A stretch of DNA of 28,277 nt. It comes from a virus (lineage: Duplodnaviria > Caudoviricetes). A program made the position numbers and the translations under genes. Under the pieces are notes generated by a model, which searched no databases, was not told where the DNA came from, and saw nothing but the letters and a program-made list of their open reading frames with translations. Positions 26,061 to 28,277 of this stretch are shown here, piece after piece. Within the stretch, counting starts at the first letter, position 1. Each line of letters opens with the position of its first letter. The stretch is taken from IMG/VR virus record IMGVR_UViG_3300005663_000171, positions 1-28,277 of that record. One strand, given 5' to 3'.

Positions 26061-26110
26061 TTGTGTAGCTTGAAACATTAGCCGAGACACCATCCGGAAG
26101 GGTGTAAGCA

Positions 26111-26530
26111 ATGGCCAAGCAGCTAACGAGAAAACAGCAAAGACTATGCGAGATCATCGTCAGTCACCCCGAGTTCAGCCACGAGCAGGCTGCAGTTGAG
26201 GCCGGCTATCAGCTATCGGGCGCACGGGGCCGGGCATCCTACAACCTCCGCCAGCCCCATGTCCGGCGTTATATCGACGAGCTGCGCAAGATCCTACTGC
26301 CGGCACTCAACAGAGAGAACGTGGCATTCAGGCTGCAGGAGATTATCGAGATCCCACTTGAAGCCCACAACTTCAACCCCAACGCCAGGGTCAGTGCTGC
26401 TCGAGAGGTCGGGCGCATGTACGGATGGGGCAAGGAAGAAGTACACCACACACACGAGCTCGAAGGACTCGAAGACTTCACTGTTGTCTTTCACACAGAG
26501 GACGAGGTAGACGACGGTGAAAGCTCTTGA
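26111..26530 (+). CDS. terS: Terminase small subunit
   Basis: LT.KQ......AA..AGY...A...L..P.V...I.EL; directly upstream of terL. Confidence 0.85.
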   Translation: MAKQLTRKQQRLCEIIVSHPEFSHEQAAVEAGYQLSGARGRASYNLRQPHVRRYIDELRKILLPALNRENVAFRLQEIIEIPLEAHNFNPNARVSAAREVGRMYGWGKEEVHHTHELEGLEDFTVVFHTEDEVDDGESS

Positions 26531-27929
26531 CTTTCTCAAGCTAGCGAAGTTCACTCCGAAGCAGCTCATAGCATGGTGGAAGATCTATCCCGGCAGCGAG
26601 GGGAAGGGTAAGCGCTTCCTGCTATACGGCGGCGCCAGGGGAGGCGGCAAGTCACGCTTCCTACGATGGGCACTGCTCGGGCTGCTGATCTACTGGGGCA
26701 AGATCAATAAGCTCAAGGGCGTGAAGGTGGTGCTGTTCGCAGAAGACTACCCAACGCTGACCGACAGACAGATCGGCCCAATGCAAGACGAGTTCCCCAA
26801 GTGGCTGGGAGAATTGAAGCGCACCCAGGCAGACGGGCTCGGCTTCCACCTGCGACCCGAGTGGGGCGGCGGACACCTGCTACTGCGAAACATGGGTGAG
26901 GACATCAGCAAGTACAAGTCTGCAGAGTTCGCAGCTATAGCGATCGATGAGCTCACCTTCTGGGATTACAGCGAGTTCGAGATACTGCGTGGATCCTTGC
27001 GATGGGCTGGCATAGGACAGACTATCTTCCTGGCAGCCACCAACCCTGGAGGCAAGGGCCATCTGTGGGTGAAGGACCTGTGGATAGATAAGAAGCTGAC
27101 CAGGCACCCCGAGCTCGAGCCCATCTTTCAAACGTTCGACTTCGTGCAGGCTCTACCGACAGACAACCCCTACCTCGAGCAGACCTACTGGGATGACCTG
27201 GCTACACTATCCGAGCAGCTCAAGAGGGCGTGGCTGTACGGAGACTGGACTGTGTTTGAGGGCCAGGTCTTCACCGAATGGAACCCACTCATTCACACCT
27301 GCGATCCGTTCAACATCCCCGAGGACTGGCCGAAGTGGAGAGGCATCGACCCCGGCTACACGGCGCCGGCATGCACGCTATGGTTTGCAATGAACCCCGA
27401 GATGGGCAGGATCTATGTCTATCGAGAGGCATACGGGCCAGGACGCAGCGACGAGGCCATGGCCAAGGTCATAGCTGAGTGGAGCAGGGGCGAGACCTAC
27501 CAAATGAGCTACGCAGATGGGTCTCTATGGGTGGCATACAAGACTCAGCAAGCAGGCTACACCAGTGGGTACGATGTCTTTATGAGTCAGAAGCCACCTA
27601 TCCTTATGGAGCCTGGCAACAAACAGCGGATCAATGGCAAGCGCAAGGTACATGACGTGCTCGGCAAGCTCAAGGATGGCGGGCCAGGCGTCGTGTTCTT
27701 CAAGACCTGTGTCAACCTGATCCGCACGCTGCCGGCGCTGCCCTACTCCAAGAAGGCGGGCAAACTCGAGGACGTGGACACTGACGCAGAGGATCACGCC
27801 TATGACGCATTCAGGTACGGACTGACGAGACTAGCGCCCGAGAGCAGAAGGGGAGATAATGATAAAGCCGACCCAGACACAGCGAAGTGGGTGGCACAGC
27901 AAGAGCGACTAGCGGCAGCATTTGGATGA
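26517..27929 (+). CDS. terL: Terminase large subunit
   Basis: YGGARGGGKS Walker A; IAIDELT Walker B; ATNPGG.GH.WVK; DNPYL; GID.G; EDHAYDAFRY. Confidence 0.95.
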   Translation: MKALDFLKLAKFTPKQLIAWWKIYPGSEGKGKRFLLYGGARGGGKSRFLRWALLGLLIYWGKINKLKGVKVVLFAEDYPTLTDRQIGPMQDEFPKWLGELKRTQADGLGFHLRPEWGGGHLLLRNMGEDISKYKSAEFAAIAIDELTFWDYSEFEILRGSLRWAGIGQTIFLAATNPGGKGHLWVKDLWIDKKLTRHPELEPIFQTFDFVQALPTDNPYLEQTYWDDLATLSEQLKRAWLYGDWTVFEGQVFTEWNPLIHTCDPFNIPEDWPKWRGIDPGYTAPACTLWFAMNPEMGRIYVYREAYGPGRSDEAMAKVIAEWSRGETYQMSYADGSLWVAYKTQQAGYTSGYDVFMSQKPPILMEPGNKQRINGKRKVHDVLGKLKDGGPGVVFFKTCVNLIRTLPALPYSKKAGKLEDVDTDAEDHAYDAFRYGLTRLAPESRRGDNDKADPDTAKWVAQQERLAAAFG

Positions 27930-27950
27930 GCAGGTGTTTCGAGAGAAGGG

Positions 27951-27982
27951 CTGAACGACTGAACGACTGAACGAGAGAACGA
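27951..27982 (+). repeat. 8-bp tandem repeat (CTGAACGA)x3 plus GAGAACGA
   Basis: Read directly from the sequence, immediately before the AAGGAG RBS. Confidence 0.85.
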
Positions 27983-27995
27983 AAGGAGATCCACC

Positions 27996-28208
27996 ATGCA
28001 CACCACGATTACGTACTGCTACACCGACGGCAAGGGCAACGAGCAAGTGAACTATGTTTCTAACGAGCGGGGCGGAGGTCAGGTTGGTTACGACATTGAC
28101 GAGTTCACCGCCCGAGTCTGGATCAACAACGAGAACGGCAAAGAGACTACGGTGTTTCCGCTTAGCCGACTCGTGTTCATCCGGGCAGTAGTGGGCACAG
28201 GCGAGTAA
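27996..28208 (+). CDS. Hypothetical 70-aa beta-rich protein inside the inverted repeat
   Basis: Strong AAAGGAG RBS, ATG...TAA. Confidence 0.7.
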   Translation: MHTTITYCYTDGKGNEQVNYVSNERGGGQVGYDIDEFTARVWINNENGKETTVFPLSRLVFIRAVVGTGE

Positions 28209-28277
28209 CGAGAAGGTTCAGCCCTTCTCTCGGAGCACTCGGATGAGATGGTGGATCAGGCACATACTGTGGGCATG

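Larger units (their letters stand above)
27940..28232. repeat. 17-bp perfect inverted repeat enclosing a small gene
   Basis: CGAGAGAAGGGCTGAAC (27940-27956) and GTTCAGCCCTTCTCTCG (28216-28232). Confidence 0.9.

Noticed and set aside
26065-26093. Fourth copy of the late promoter before terS (GTAGCT...CACCAT)
   Set aside because: Mismatches in both boxes and spacing one base short; too weak to call.
1-28277. Numerous minus-strand and nested ORFs in the track
   Set aside because: They are shadows of well-supported + strand genes, with no RBS or recognisable motifs.
1-28277. Stop-codon reassignment
   Set aside because: Conserved genes are intact under code 11 and end in TAG, TGA and TAA.

Overview
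A 28.3-kb segment of a tailed dsDNA phage. Nearly all genes are on the + strand and densely packed. No tape-measure or tail-tube gene is seen, so it is probably podovirus-like. Order: scaffold (partial), major capsid, cement protein, stand-alone E3-binding-domain protein, adaptor-like gene with an apparent frameshift, 971-aa virion protein, nuclease-like protein, SAM methyltransferase, HNH and GH25 endolysin. Next come an early/replication block (DnaD-like, DnaB helicase, metallophosphoesterase, NinG-like, glycosyltransferase), a holin/virion island, two DNA methyltransferases, MazG and small regulators. The window ends with a tandemly duplicated tail-fibre locus, terS and terL. The most notable sequence-level observations are: (1) a shared non-canonical promoter motif (GTAGCG-N18-[T/G]ANNAT) in front of all three dispersed virion/lysis islands; (2) a 70-aa gene after terL enclosed in a 17-bp perfect inverted repeat and flanked by a direct repeat; (3) a tail-fibre N-terminal duplication with a 65-bp identical core and an AT-rich swapped tip; (4) a mini-gene between 23-bp direct repeats; (5) a 230-nt dual-coding overlap; and (6) several structured RNA candidates. 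Product calls come from motif recognition only, and no database searches were run.
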